Program-made: the position numbers and the translations under genes
The notes under the pieces: model-generated
Seen by the model: only the letters and a program-made list of their open reading frames with translations
What the model was told of the DNA's origin: nothing
Database searches by the model: none
In this document: positions 37,701 to 47,297 of the stretch, piece after piece
Position numbering within the stretch: the stretch's first letter is position 1
Layout: each line of letters begins with the position of its first letter
Assembly: GCA_034667005.1 (NCBI GenBank)
Contig: JAXDKU010000124.1
Span: forward strand, 1-60,931
Reading direction: 5' to 3'
Length of the DNA stretch: 60,931 nucleotides
DNA from: Chloroflexota bacterium
Lineage (GTDB): Bacteria > Chloroflexota > Limnocylindria > Limnocylindrales > CSP1-4

Positions 37701-39013
37701 GCGGCCGTTCCCGCGGAGGCGGCCATCTCGGCGCTGGCAGAGGCGTCCTTGCCGGCGGCCTCCTGGTCCGCGGCCTCCTCGCGCTTGGCCTCCTGCCAGA
37801 GGTCGTCGAGCGCATCCAGCCCCAAGGCACGCAGCTCCAAACTGCGGCCGCCCGCGAGCCGCTCGACGCGCGCGAAGCGGCTGGCGAACTTCCGGCTGGC
37901 AGCGCGCAGCGCGGACTCTGGATCGACGCCCAGCTTCCGGCCCATATTGACCATCACGAACAGCAAGTCTCCGAACTCCTCCCTCGTTTGCGCCTCGTCG
38001 GTTGCCGCCAGCAGCTCGGCGGCTTCCTCGGCGATCTTGTCGATGACGCCCTCCAGGTCCGGCCAGTCATATCCGAGACCGGCCGCGCGAGACTGCATCT
38101 CGGACGCGTACGCCAGAGCCGGCAAGGACCGCGACAGGCCCTTGAAGGCAGCGGGCATGCCGGCGGAGGCCGCATTCGCGGCAGAGCCGGCAGGGCCGTC
38201 CGCGGTCGTGGGCTGCGCGGCACCGTCCGCGGCGCGATCCGCGGCACGCTCCTCGGCCTTGATGGTTTCCCAGTTCCGCACGACGTCGTCAACCGAGCCG
38301 ACGGTCACGTCTCCGAAGACGTGAGGATGCCGGCGGACGATCTTCGTGAAGATGCCGCGCTGCACGTCGGCCAGGTCGAAGACACCGGCCTCCGCCCCGT
38401 ACTGGGAGTGCAGCACGATCTGGAGGAGCAGGTCGCCGAGCTCCTCGGCGAGGTCCGGCGTCGAGCCACCCTCGAGCGCGTCGTAGACCTCGTACGCCTC
38501 TTCGAGCAGGAACGGCCGAAGCGATTCGTGGTCCTGCTCGGCATCCCACGGGCAGCCGCCCGGCCCGCGCAGCCGCGCGACCAGCCAGGCCAGCGCGTGC
38601 GGGCTCGACGCGTTCCAGATCCCGCGAAGCGGCGGCAGGAAGACGGCGCGCGACGCGAGCGTGGATGGGTCGAGGGACTCGATCGTTGTGTCCGGTGCGC
38701 CCGACAGCCCGACGACCGGGTGCGCGGCCGGATAGAGCCGCCTCAGGAGATCGAGCGGATCGGCGCCGTGCCCGTGGCGGCCGGGAAGAACCGCCGGCTC
38801 GAATTGCGTCTGGTCGCCGGGACCGCCGGCCGCCGAGGGTTTGCCGGCGTCGTCGGTCGCGATCAGGAGGAGACCGACCCCCGGGTCGAATGGCCGCCGG
38901 ACCAGGGCGTCGAGCGGCAGCACCTGAAGCCCCGCGTCCACGGCGGACGGGTCAAGGGCCAGCAGCGCCTCGATGGCGGCCGCGGCCCCAGCGGCCGTCG
39001 GTGTCGATGCCAT
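37697..39013 (-). CDS. mazG: Nucleoside triphosphate pyrophosphohydrolase MazG with N-terminal YabN-like remnant
   Basis: [43 protein letters not shown]; start uncertain. Confidence 0.92.
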   Translation of the reverse strand: MASTPTAAGAAAAIEALLALDPSAVDAGLQVLPLDALVRRPFDPGVGLLLIATDDAGKPSAAGGPGDQTQFEPAVLPGRHGHGADPLDLLRRLYPAAHPVVGLSGAPDTTIESLDPSTLASRAVFLPPLRGIWNASSPHALAWLVARLRGPGGCPWDAEQDHESLRPFLLEEAYEVYDALEGGSTPDLAEELGDLLLQIVLHSQYGAEAGVFDLADVQRGIFTKIVRRHPHVFGDVTVGSVDDVVRNWETIKAEERAADRAADGAAQPTTADGPAGSAANAASAGMPAAFKGLSRSLPALAYASEMQSRAAGLGYDWPDLEGVIDKIAEEAAELLAATDEAQTREEFGDLLFVMVNMGRKLGVDPESALRAASRKFASRFARVERLAGGRSLELRALGLDALDDLWQEAKREEAADQEAAGKDASASAEMAASAGTAA

Positions 39014-39295
39014 CGTCACCACGAGCGCTTTCGGGCCCAACTCGGCGAGGCAGGCCACGGCCGGCCGACACGCATCGTTCGATTGTCGACAGGGCCGACA
39101 TTCCGGGTGGGAAGCGCGGCGTTCCGGGCAGAGATGGCTTCGGATCCGCTGGTTGAAGCCGCGGTGCCAGCGATAAGACGCAGTTTCGACGATGGCCTCC
39201 ACACGGCCGGCGTGAACCAGGGGCGGCGGGCGGGCAGCACCCGCTGCGCAGGGAAGATCGGCGACACCAGCAGCGTTCCGTCCATCCGCCTCAGC

Positions 39296-39844
39296 CTACG
39301 CCGGTTCGAGGTAGCCGCGCGACTCCAGCTCGGTGAGGACGAGGCGCGCGTTCGCCGCGGGCGTCGTGTCGGTCGTGTGCAGCGTCAGCTCCGGCTGGAG
39401 CGGCGGCTCGTACGGATCGTCGACGCCGGTGAAGCCCTCCACCTCGCCGGAGCGGGCGCGGGCGTACCAGCCCTTCACGTCGCGCGACTCGCACACCTCC
39501 AGCGGCGTGTCCACGAAGACCTCGAAGAAGCGTCCGGTGCCGACCATGGAGCGCACCTCGTCGCGCGTCTGCCGGTACGGGCTGACGACTGCGGCCACCA
39601 CGAGCCCCCCGTGGCGAACGACCTCCGCCGCCACGTACCCGATGCGCCGCACGTTGGTGTCGCGGTCCTCCTTGCTGAAGCCGAGGCCTCGCGACAGGTG
39701 GGTGCGGACGGCATCCCCGTCGAGGACGGTCACTTCGCGGTCGTCGGCACGGAACAGGTCCACGAGTGCCGCGGCCGTGGTGCTCTTGCCGGACCCGGAG
39801 AGCCCGGTGAACCAGACGCAGAGCCCGCGCCGCCCGGAGGCCAC
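39296..39844 (-). CDS. cysC: Adenylyl-sulfate (APS) kinase
   Basis: WFTGLSGSGKST, LDGDAVR, LGFSKEDR, RDVKGWY, FTGVDDPYEPP. Confidence 0.95.
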   Translation of the reverse strand: MASGRRGLCVWFTGLSGSGKSTTAAALVDLFRADDREVTVLDGDAVRTHLSRGLGFSKEDRDTNVRRIGYVAAEVVRHGGLVVAAVVSPYRQTRDEVRSMVGTGRFFEVFVDTPLEVCESRDVKGWYARARSGEVEGFTGVDDPYEPPLQPELTLHTTDTTPAANARLVLTELESRGYLEPA

Positions 39845-39845
39845 C

Positions 39846-41606
39846 TCAGCCCGCCGAGAAGATGGACTCGTCGGTGACGATCAGCTTGGCCTTGACCGCG
39901 TCGGCCTTCTTCGTGGTGTACCAGCCATCGAACGCCGTTGCGGCGATCGTGGCGGCCTGCTGCCCGTCCGGCGGGCGGCTGGCCTTCTCCTCGACCTTCT
40001 CGATGTAGAAGCCCTCGTCCAGCTGCACCGGTGCCGTCGTCGCACCGACGGCTGCGCTGAACGCGGCGTGCGCCACGTCATCGGGGAGCTGGGCCGCGGT
40101 GCGCCACCCGAGCTCGCCGCCCTGAAGCGCCTGCTCGCCGTCGCTGTTGTCGCGGGCGATCGCGGCAAAGTCGGCACCGCTCGCCGCGAGCGCATCACGG
40201 ACGACCTTGAGCCGGTCGTTCGCGGCCGGGATCCGCTCCTGGAAGAGGATCACGTGGTAGCCGAACTGGCTCTTGACGGGTCCGACGATGTCGCCCGGCT
40301 TGAGGTCGGCGTTGTCGAAGAGCGGTGTGGCGAAGTCCTCGACCATCGCCTCACGGGTGAACGTGCCGAGCTCGCCGCCGGCGGCCCCGCTCGTCTTGTC
40401 GTCGCTCTCGGTCTTGGCGACCTCCTGGAAGCGCGTCTGGCGCTGGGCCGCGTCGGCGATGGCGCGGAGGTCGTCCGCGGCTTTCTGTGCCTGCTGCTTG
40501 GCCGCTTCCCACGCCGGATCCTCGGGAGCCAGGCTGGCCAGGTTCTGCGGGTCGTCCTTGGGCGAGTAGAGGATGTGGCTTGCGTGCACCTGGACGTCCT
40601 TCGACGGGTCGGAGCCGTTGATCGCCACGAAGATCTCGGCCAGGCGCACCTGGTCGGACGTGGTCGCGAGCGCGTCCGCGACGACCTTGTCGGAGAGCTT
40701 GGCGGCCAGCGCCTCCAGGCGGACCTGCTCGCGATAGTTGCCGTCGCCGACGGCCTCGACGGCATCCTGCCGGTACGACGGGTCCTCCGCGCCCGGCTTG
40801 ATCTCCGTGACCCGGCCGATCCGGTACGCCTCGTCCTCGCCCTTGATCAGCGGCGTGGTGCCGTCGACCGGCAGCCGGAAGAGCGCATCGACCCACGTCG
40901 TGTCGGTCGGGTCGTCCGAGGTGAGGAAGCCGAGGTCGCCGCCGGAGTCCTTGGCCGCCCCGGTGTTGTACTGCTGGGCGACCTGCTCGAACGGCGTGCC
41001 CGCGGCCAGCGCCGCGACCGCCTTCGTGGCGTTGTCGTAGGCCTTCTGCTTGTCCTCCGTCGTGGGATCCGCACCTTCCACCGCGGGGACCGGCTCGATC
41101 ACGATCGCGAGCACGTGGCGCTGCTCCGGGGTGGAGGCCTCCTTCGTCATCTGGGCCTGGATGTCCGCGTCGCTGACCGTGAGGCCGGCCTCGCCGGCGA
41201 GGCGCTGCTTGTACAGCAGGTCCACCAGGTCGTTCGCGGACTGGCTGGCGACGGTCTGGGTCGCCTGCTTGGCCTGGATGTCCGCGAGCAGCGTCTGCCC
41301 CAGCTCGGGATCGATCTGGCCGCCGTTGATCATCGAGCGCAGGCGCCGCTCCTGGAAGCCCAGGCGGAACTGCTCCAGGCGAATCCGGTCGGCCCACTGG
41401 TCGCGGGTGACACTGGTCTCGCCGACGTTGGCGATGGGCTTGAAGTGGGAGTTGTAGTAACCGATCCCGATGGCGGCCACGAGCACCAGCCCGACGGCCA
41501 CGATCAGCACGATGAAGCCGATCGTCACCCAGAATTGGAAGCGGTCCTCGGAGTCAGCGCCTCGCCGGCGTCGGGGTCCGGCAGTCGGTCTCAGCCGTAC
41601 GGTCAT
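39846..41606 (-). CDS. Membrane-anchored PrsA/SurA-like peptidyl-prolyl isomerase with three parvulin-type modules
   Basis: N-terminal TM; GGDLGF, HASHIL...GGELGTF...SQFGYHVI, GGELGW. Confidence 0.9.
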   Translation of the reverse strand: MTVRLRPTAGPRRRRGADSEDRFQFWVTIGFIVLIVAVGLVLVAAIGIGYYNSHFKPIANVGETSVTRDQWADRIRLEQFRLGFQERRLRSMINGGQIDPELGQTLLADIQAKQATQTVASQSANDLVDLLYKQRLAGEAGLTVSDADIQAQMTKEASTPEQRHVLAIVIEPVPAVEGADPTTEDKQKAYDNATKAVAALAAGTPFEQVAQQYNTGAAKDSGGDLGFLTSDDPTDTTWVDALFRLPVDGTTPLIKGEDEAYRIGRVTEIKPGAEDPSYRQDAVEAVGDGNYREQVRLEALAAKLSDKVVADALATTSDQVRLAEIFVAINGSDPSKDVQVHASHILYSPKDDPQNLASLAPEDPAWEAAKQQAQKAADDLRAIADAAQRQTRFQEVAKTESDDKTSGAAGGELGTFTREAMVEDFATPLFDNADLKPGDIVGPVKSQFGYHVILFQERIPAANDRLKVVRDALAASGADFAAIARDNSDGEQALQGGELGWRTAAQLPDDVAHAAFSAAVGATTAPVQLDEGFYIEKVEEKASRPPDGQQAATIAATAFDGWYTTKKADAVKAKLIVTDESIFSAG

Positions 41607-41692
41607 GCTCGTTCCGAATCAAAGGGGGATGGGATGCGCCTGAGGGCGGCGGCCGGCAGAGGTGGGCTGCGCTCCGGTGGCGGCGACGTAGT

Positions 41693-43030
41693 CTAGCGCG
41701 ACTGGCCCCCGGCCGCCCCGCTGCCGAACAGCCGGTCGAGCTGGCCGGACTCGATGCGACGACCGAGTCGCTGGACCAGGGCGGCTGCCACGAGGTCGGC
41801 CGGGGTCTCCGGTGCCGTCACCTCCGAGCCGTGACGCAACCACCCAGCGGGCCGGCCGCGCATCCGCCGCGCGGCCAGGTCCAGCCCGAGCCGGACGAGC
41901 GACGCGGAACGCTGGAGCCGGCCACGGCCGAGATCCACCCCGAGCTGGCGCAGCGGCCCGTAGAACAGCACGGTCCGGTGTCGCGCGATGGCGGCCGGCG
42001 AGCGCACGATGGGATCGGCCGCTGCCGCATCGCGCCGCGCGAGGCCGAGGACGAGGTCCGCATCCTTGCGTGAGGTGAGCTCGCCACGAGTCACCACGGC
42101 GACCATCCGGCGCGGCTCCCTGGACCCTGCGTAGCCGAACGCGCGGAGGTAGTCGCGGCAGACGAGGGCGGCCAGCTTGCGGTCCTCCGCGGAGAGCTCC
42201 CCCTGCCATGCTCCGGCGCGAGACGCGTCCAGCGGCCCGGTGGAGCCGCTCTTCCACCACTCGTGGCCTGCGACGAGCTCGCCGGCACCGGCCCTGGCGA
42301 GCATCTCCGGCTCGAACGCCTCGCCCAGGAACTCGCAGACGCGGCCCAGCGTCGCGGCGGGTTCCCCGAGGAGGTCCTCGAACCGGACGGTGAGCGCTCG
42401 GTCCTCGCCGGTGAACAGGCGGCGTGTCAGCCGCTCATGTCGCGCGATCTCGAAGAGGTTCACGTCCAGGTCCGCGGTGCCGAAGGGGACGCGCGTCAGG
42501 GACAGGGCCACGTCGCGCGGGTCGCGCACGATGCGGATGAGCCGCGCGTCCGGCCACGCCTCCCAGATGCGGTCGGCGAACAGGATGTGGCGCGGCGTCT
42601 TCTCCGCCCAGCGCCGCTTGCCGCGGCTGGCCGCCCGTGCTGCGGTGAGCGACTCGAGCAGCGCGGCAACGGACGGAGACCGTGCGGCCAGGAACCGCTC
42701 GACGTCGGCGCGCTCCTGCTCGAAGAGCTGCGCCACGGACGCATCCGCGAGCCGCAGTGACATGACGAAGTCCACGCCCGCCACAGGCCAGGTCTTCGGG
42801 TCCAGCACCCGCGCCTGGTCGGCCTCGGCGAGGCGGGGAAAGAAGAGGGTCTCCGCACCGCTCGCGATCTGGGAATGCGCGCCGAGCATCGCGGCCAGCA
42901 GGGTCGTGCCCGAACGGGGCAGGCCCACGATGAAGATCGGCGAAGTGCTGGAACCCGCGCGGATCGGCGGGCGGTCCGCGGCCGCAGCGCCCTCGTCGGG
43001 GCGCGGCCCTGCGTCCGTCGGACGTGTCAC
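41693..43030 (-). CDS. PAPS-dependent sulfotransferase with C-terminal extension
   Basis: IFIVGLPRSGTTLL, WAEKTP, RDPRDVALS, VRFEDL. Confidence 0.9.
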   Translation of the reverse strand: MTRPTDAGPRPDEGAAAADRPPIRAGSSTSPIFIVGLPRSGTTLLAAMLGAHSQIASGAETLFFPRLAEADQARVLDPKTWPVAGVDFVMSLRLADASVAQLFEQERADVERFLAARSPSVAALLESLTAARAASRGKRRWAEKTPRHILFADRIWEAWPDARLIRIVRDPRDVALSLTRVPFGTADLDVNLFEIARHERLTRRLFTGEDRALTVRFEDLLGEPAATLGRVCEFLGEAFEPEMLARAGAGELVAGHEWWKSGSTGPLDASRAGAWQGELSAEDRKLAALVCRDYLRAFGYAGSREPRRMVAVVTRGELTSRKDADLVLGLARRDAAAADPIVRSPAAIARHRTVLFYGPLRQLGVDLGRGRLQRSASLVRLGLDLAARRMRGRPAGWLRHGSEVTAPETPADLVAAALVQRLGRRIESGQLDRLFGSGAAGGQSR

Positions 43031-43143
43031 TCGCTCGATGCTACAGGACCCGCCGGGCCCGAGGCCCGACCCGAGGTGGGCCGGAGGTCAGGAAGGCCGT
43101 CCAGCCGTCTCCGAGGGTCCGACGTGCTACCGTCCCGGTCCGA

Positions 43144-44058
43144 ATGCACGTCGCGCAAGCCAACGAGGCCCCCAACCACTTCCGCAGCAGCGCGGCACGT
43201 CCCAGCTCCCTCACGCTCCTCCGCACGGCCGTCGCGGAGGTGCTCTCCAGGCGCCATCTGATCCGCTACCTGCTGCGCGCCAACCTCAAGAAGCAGGGCA
43301 CCGACACGATCCTCGGGAACGTCTGGTGGCTGCTGGATCCGCTCATCTCGATGGTCATCTACGTGATCGTGATGACCTACATCTTCCAGCGGCGCACGCC
43401 GGACTTCCCGCTCTTCCTGCTGGCCGCGATGGTGCCCTTCAAGTGGTTCACCGGCAGCATCTCGGGAGGCGTCGGGTCGATCACGGGCAACGGCCAGCTG
43501 ATCAAGCAGATCCAGTTCCCGAAGCTGGTCCTGCCGCTCACCGCGGTGGTCGCCGAGCTCGTGAACCTGGTCTTCGGCATCGTGATCCTGCTGGCCATGC
43601 TCGTCCTGGTCTACCCGGCCCACGCCTCGTTCCTGGTGCTCTGGATCCCGGTGATCGCCGTGGTGCAGCTGTTCTTCACGCTGAGCCTGGCCATCGTCCT
43701 GTCGGCGGTGACCGTCTTCTACCGGGACATCGGCAACCTCATCAGCCACCTCATGCGGCTGCTGCTCTACACGGCTCCGATCATCTGGAGCTTCGATGAC
43801 GTCCAGGGCCGCGGCAGCCAGCTCGAGGCGGCGATCGGCCACGCGGGCTTCGTCATCCTCAAGGACAACCCGCTGGCGATCCTGCTCGAGTCGTACCGCC
43901 ACGTGATCTATGGCGTGGCAAACGGCACGGAGTGGTTGCCGCCCGTGCCGCCCGACCTGATCCAGCTGGGCATCATCCTGCTGGTCTCGCTCGGGCTGTG
44001 CGCCCTCGCGATCATCCTCTTCAAGCGGCTCGAGCCTGCGTTCGCGAAGGTGCTGTAG
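43144..44058 (+). CDS. wzm: Polysaccharide ABC exporter permease (Wzm/TagG-like)
   Basis: LGNVWWLLDPL, LIKQIQFP, FYRDI, APIIW, NPL...YR. Confidence 0.9.
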   Translation: MHVAQANEAPNHFRSSAARPSSLTLLRTAVAEVLSRRHLIRYLLRANLKKQGTDTILGNVWWLLDPLISMVIYVIVMTYIFQRRTPDFPLFLLAAMVPFKWFTGSISGGVGSITGNGQLIKQIQFPKLVLPLTAVVAELVNLVFGIVILLAMLVLVYPAHASFLVLWIPVIAVVQLFFTLSLAIVLSAVTVFYRDIGNLISHLMRLLLYTAPIIWSFDDVQGRGSQLEAAIGHAGFVILKDNPLAILLESYRHVIYGVANGTEWLPPVPPDLIQLGIILLVSLGLCALAIILFKRLEPAFAKVL

Positions 44059-45014
44059 TGGCGAAGTCGATGGCCCCGGCCCCGCCGGGCGAGCGAACCG
44101 CGTTGGACGTGCGGGGCGCCGGCGCACCGAACCCGAGACCGGCGAGCGAGATCAGCGCCGCGGCGCCCGCGCTCGCCATGCAGGCGCGCAACCTCGGCGT
44201 CCAGTACAACCTGCGGTTCACCCGGAAGACCAAGCTCCGGACGTCGTTCCAGAACATCCTGAAGCGGCGGCGGCAGGGGGACTCGCACTTCTGGGCGCTG
44301 AAGAACGTCACCTTCGACCTCCAGCGCGGCGAGTCGCTCGGCGTCATCGGTCCCAACGGCGCCGGAAAGAGCACCCTCCTGCTGGTGCTCGCGGGGATCA
44401 TCCTGCCGTCCTCCGGCAGCATCGAGGTCACGGGGCACGTCTCGACGCTGCTGAGCCTCCAGGCCGGCTTCGACCAGGAGCTGAACGGCCGGGACAACAT
44501 CTCCCTGGCCGGGGCCCTGATGGGCATCGACCGCCAGGTGGTCGATTCGCTGATGGAGGACATCATCGACTTCGCGGACATCGGCGCCTTCATCGACGCC
44601 CCGCTGAAGACGTACTCCTCCGGCATGCGGGCGCGGCTCGGCTTCGCCATCGCCACGGCCGTCGACCCCGACATCCTGCTGCTGGACGAGGTGCTCCAGA
44701 CGGGCGACGAGGTGTTCCGCGAGAAGAGCCGCCAGCGAATCATCGAGATCCTGCGCGCCGCCCGGGCCGTGGTCCTGGTCACCCACGACATGCGCTGGGT
44801 CCGCGAGTTCTGCACGCGGGCGATGCTGATCGAGAACGGCCGGATCACGGCCGACGGGAGCCCCGAGGACGTCGTGAAGCTGCACCTCGAGCACTCCGAG
44901 GAGCGCAAGCGGGAGCGGGCCGAGAAGATCGCGGCCATGGCCCGCGGCGAGATCCCGGTGAGCAGCGTCCGGCTGCGCCGCGGCCGGAAGGGCAGTCAGC
45001 GCCCGGTCGACTAG
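44058..45014 (+). CDS. wzt: Polysaccharide ABC exporter ATPase (Wzt/TagH-like)
   Basis: FWALKNV, GPNGAGKSTL, YSSGMRARLGF, LLDEVL; no C-terminal carbohydrate-binding domain evident. Confidence 0.92.
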   Translation: MAKSMAPAPPGERTALDVRGAGAPNPRPASEISAAAPALAMQARNLGVQYNLRFTRKTKLRTSFQNILKRRRQGDSHFWALKNVTFDLQRGESLGVIGPNGAGKSTLLLVLAGIILPSSGSIEVTGHVSTLLSLQAGFDQELNGRDNISLAGALMGIDRQVVDSLMEDIIDFADIGAFIDAPLKTYSSGMRARLGFAIATAVDPDILLLDEVLQTGDEVFREKSRQRIIEILRAARAVVLVTHDMRWVREFCTRAMLIENGRITADGSPEDVVKLHLEHSEERKRERAEKIAAMARGEIPVSSVRLRRGRKGSQRPVD

Positions 45015-46141
45015 CCCCGGTAGAGCGCCAGGGTGGCGCGCGCGATCGTGCCCCAGTCCAGCCGGCGAGCTCGCTCCAGGTTCCTCGCGCCCATCGCTTC
45101 CAGGTCCGAGGCGAGCGCTGTGACGATCGCCTCGCCGAGGGCTCCCGGCGCCTGGGCGTCGTAGAGGACGGCGCCGTTCGGGTCGAGCGCCTCCGGCAGG
45201 CACCCCAGCGCGGGAGCGACCACGGCGCGGCCGTAGCTCATGGCCAGCACCGCCGAGCCGGATGTCAGCACGTCGCGGAACGGCAGAACCACGGCGTCGG
45301 CCGCACCCAGGAGGACCGGCAGCTCGTCGTCCGGGACGAACCCGAGGCGCAGCGAGATGCGACCGTCCGCGGACGCGGCCTCCTTGAGCTCCTGCGCGAG
45401 CTGCCGCGTTCCCGCCCTTCCGGCAACGATGAGCTGGGCATCGGGCCCCGGGACGTCGCGGAACGCCGCGATCAGCTCGTGGATTCCCTTGTACGGCCGG
45501 ATCGCGCCAACGAACACGAGCACCTTCGTCTCGGCGGGAATGCTCAGGCGCCGGCGCGCGTCGCCTCGCTCGACGCCGGGACCGTAGACCCCGACGTAGC
45601 TCCCGTGCGGGATCACGTGCAACTTGCCGTGATCCCCGGCGCGCAGGCCGTACGTCTCCGTGACGGCGTCCACGCCTGCCACGCAGTGGCAGATCACCGC
45701 GTCCGCCAGGCCGACGAGCTTCCGGTGCACGGCGACCTCCTGCGCGTCCCGCGCGCCCTCGTGGTGGCCGAGGTTGTGGATCGTCCAGACCAGGCGGACG
45801 CCGAGGCCGCGCAGCAGGCGGAGCTGCCCGAGGAAGAGGGCCGCGCGAATGGCGCTCCGCCGGCCGCGCGGCGTGCTCTCCGCGTCGGCGACGCGCTGGC
45901 CGAGGTAGCTGTGCGTCCAGTGGAGGTGCAGGACACCCGGCCGTCCGTGCGCAACCCACGCCCGAACGACGGAGAGCGGGTCGCGGCCGGGCGGCCGGGC
46001 GCCGGAGACCACCACGCCCAGCCGCTCCAGGCCAAGGCGCAGCTCACGCTGGTACGGGTTCGCGTCGCCGTAGTCCGGCAGGAACAGGACCCGGGTCGGC
46101 TGCTCTGGATCCCGGTCCTTCTGTAGGCCTCGTCGGGTCAA
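45011..46141 (-). CDS. Glycosyltransferase family 4
   Basis: NPYQ, LHLHW, WTIHN, GAIRPYKG, SGSAVLAMSYG; start approximate (TTG). Confidence 0.85.
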   Translation of the reverse strand: MTRRGLQKDRDPEQPTRVLFLPDYGDANPYQRELRLGLERLGVVVSGARPPGRDPLSVVRAWVAHGRPGVLHLHWTHSYLGQRVADAESTPRGRRSAIRAALFLGQLRLLRGLGVRLVWTIHNLGHHEGARDAQEVAVHRKLVGLADAVICHCVAGVDAVTETYGLRAGDHGKLHVIPHGSYVGVYGPGVERGDARRRLSIPAETKVLVFVGAIRPYKGIHELIAAFRDVPGPDAQLIVAGRAGTRQLAQELKEAASADGRISLRLGFVPDDELPVLLGAADAVVLPFRDVLTSGSAVLAMSYGRAVVAPALGCLPEALDPNGAVLYDAQAPGALGEAIVTALASDLEAMGARNLERARRLDWGTIARATLALYRG

Positions 46142-46142
46142 T

Positions 46143-47288
46143 TCAGGCCCCGGCCCGTGTGGGGAGGAGCGTCTGGATGTCCGCGTCCGTGGACGGCCCG
46201 GTGTCGCCGAGCAGGATGGCCGCGATCCGCCGCCCGGCCCTGCCGTCCCAGAGCGGCGGCCCGTCCCCGCGGCGCGCGAGGCCACCGGAGAGCGCGACGT
46301 CCAGTGCCGGGGCGAGGGTGTCGGCAGTCACGAGGCGGTTCGTGCCGTGGGAGATCGTGATGGGCCGTTCCGTGTTCGGCCGCAGCGTCAGGCACGGGAC
46401 GTCCAGGATCGTGGTCTCTTCCTGGAGGCCGCCCGAGTCCGTCAGCACGACGCGCGCGCCGCGGACGAGCGACAGGAAGTCGAGGTAGCCGAGTGGCTCG
46501 ACGACCCGCAGACCCGAAACGTCCAGCAGGCCGGCAGCTTCCAGGGCCCGGCGGCCACGCGGGTGGAGCGGCAGCACCGTGGTGAGCCTCGCCGCCAGCT
46601 CGCGCAGCGCGCCGACGACCCGGTGGGCGGCGTCGGGCGCGTCCACGTTCGCCGGCCGGTGCAGCGTCGCGACCGCGTACGGCCCCTCGACGCCGAAGGT
46701 CGCCGTGACCGGACCCGGATCGAAGCGCTCCAGGTGGGTCAGCAGCGTGTCGATCATCGGGTTGCCCACGAAGTGCGCCGCCGCGGGATCGATCCCCTCC
46801 CGTGCGAGGTTGTCCAGGCCCTCCGGGCTGGTCACGAACAGCTGGTCGGAGAGGGAATCCGTGACGCGGCGGTTGATCTCCTCCGGCATGCTGTCGTCGA
46901 AGCTGCGCAGCCCGGCCTCGACGTGCGCGACCGGGATCCCGAGCTTGGCGCAGACCAGGGCCGCAGCGAGCGTCGAGTTGACGTCGCCGTAGACGACGAC
47001 CCGCGCGGGTGGCCGCTCCAGGAACTCACGCTCCAGGGCCACGAGCAGCGCCGCCGTCTGCGTTGCGTGGCTCCCCGACCCGACGCCCAGGCTCACGTCG
47101 GGCTCGGGCAGCTCCAGGTCCCGGAAGAAGACGTCGGAGAGTAGTGGGTCATAGTGCTGGCCCGTGTGGACGAGGCGCTGGGGCACGCCGGCGGCGGCCA
47201 GTGCCCGGAGCACCGGAGCGGCCTTCACGAAGTTCGGGCGAGCCCCGACGACGTGGACCAGCGGCTCTCGCGACGGGTCGTGCACCAT
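46143..47288 (-). CDS. wecB: UDP-N-acetylglucosamine 2-epimerase (non-hydrolysing)
   Basis: VGARPNFVK, HTGQHYD, GDVNST, HVEAGLRS, MPEEINR, TDSGGLQEE, TERP. Confidence 0.93.
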   Translation of the reverse strand: MVHDPSREPLVHVVGARPNFVKAAPVLRALAAAGVPQRLVHTGQHYDPLLSDVFFRDLELPEPDVSLGVGSGSHATQTAALLVALEREFLERPPARVVVYGDVNSTLAAALVCAKLGIPVAHVEAGLRSFDDSMPEEINRRVTDSLSDQLFVTSPEGLDNLAREGIDPAAAHFVGNPMIDTLLTHLERFDPGPVTATFGVEGPYAVATLHRPANVDAPDAAHRVVGALRELAARLTTVLPLHPRGRRALEAAGLLDVSGLRVVEPLGYLDFLSLVRGARVVLTDSGGLQEETTILDVPCLTLRPNTERPITISHGTNRLVTADTLAPALDVALSGGLARRGDGPPLWDGRAGRRIAAILLGDTGPSTDADIQTLLPTRAGA

Positions 47289-47297
47289 TGCGTCAGG

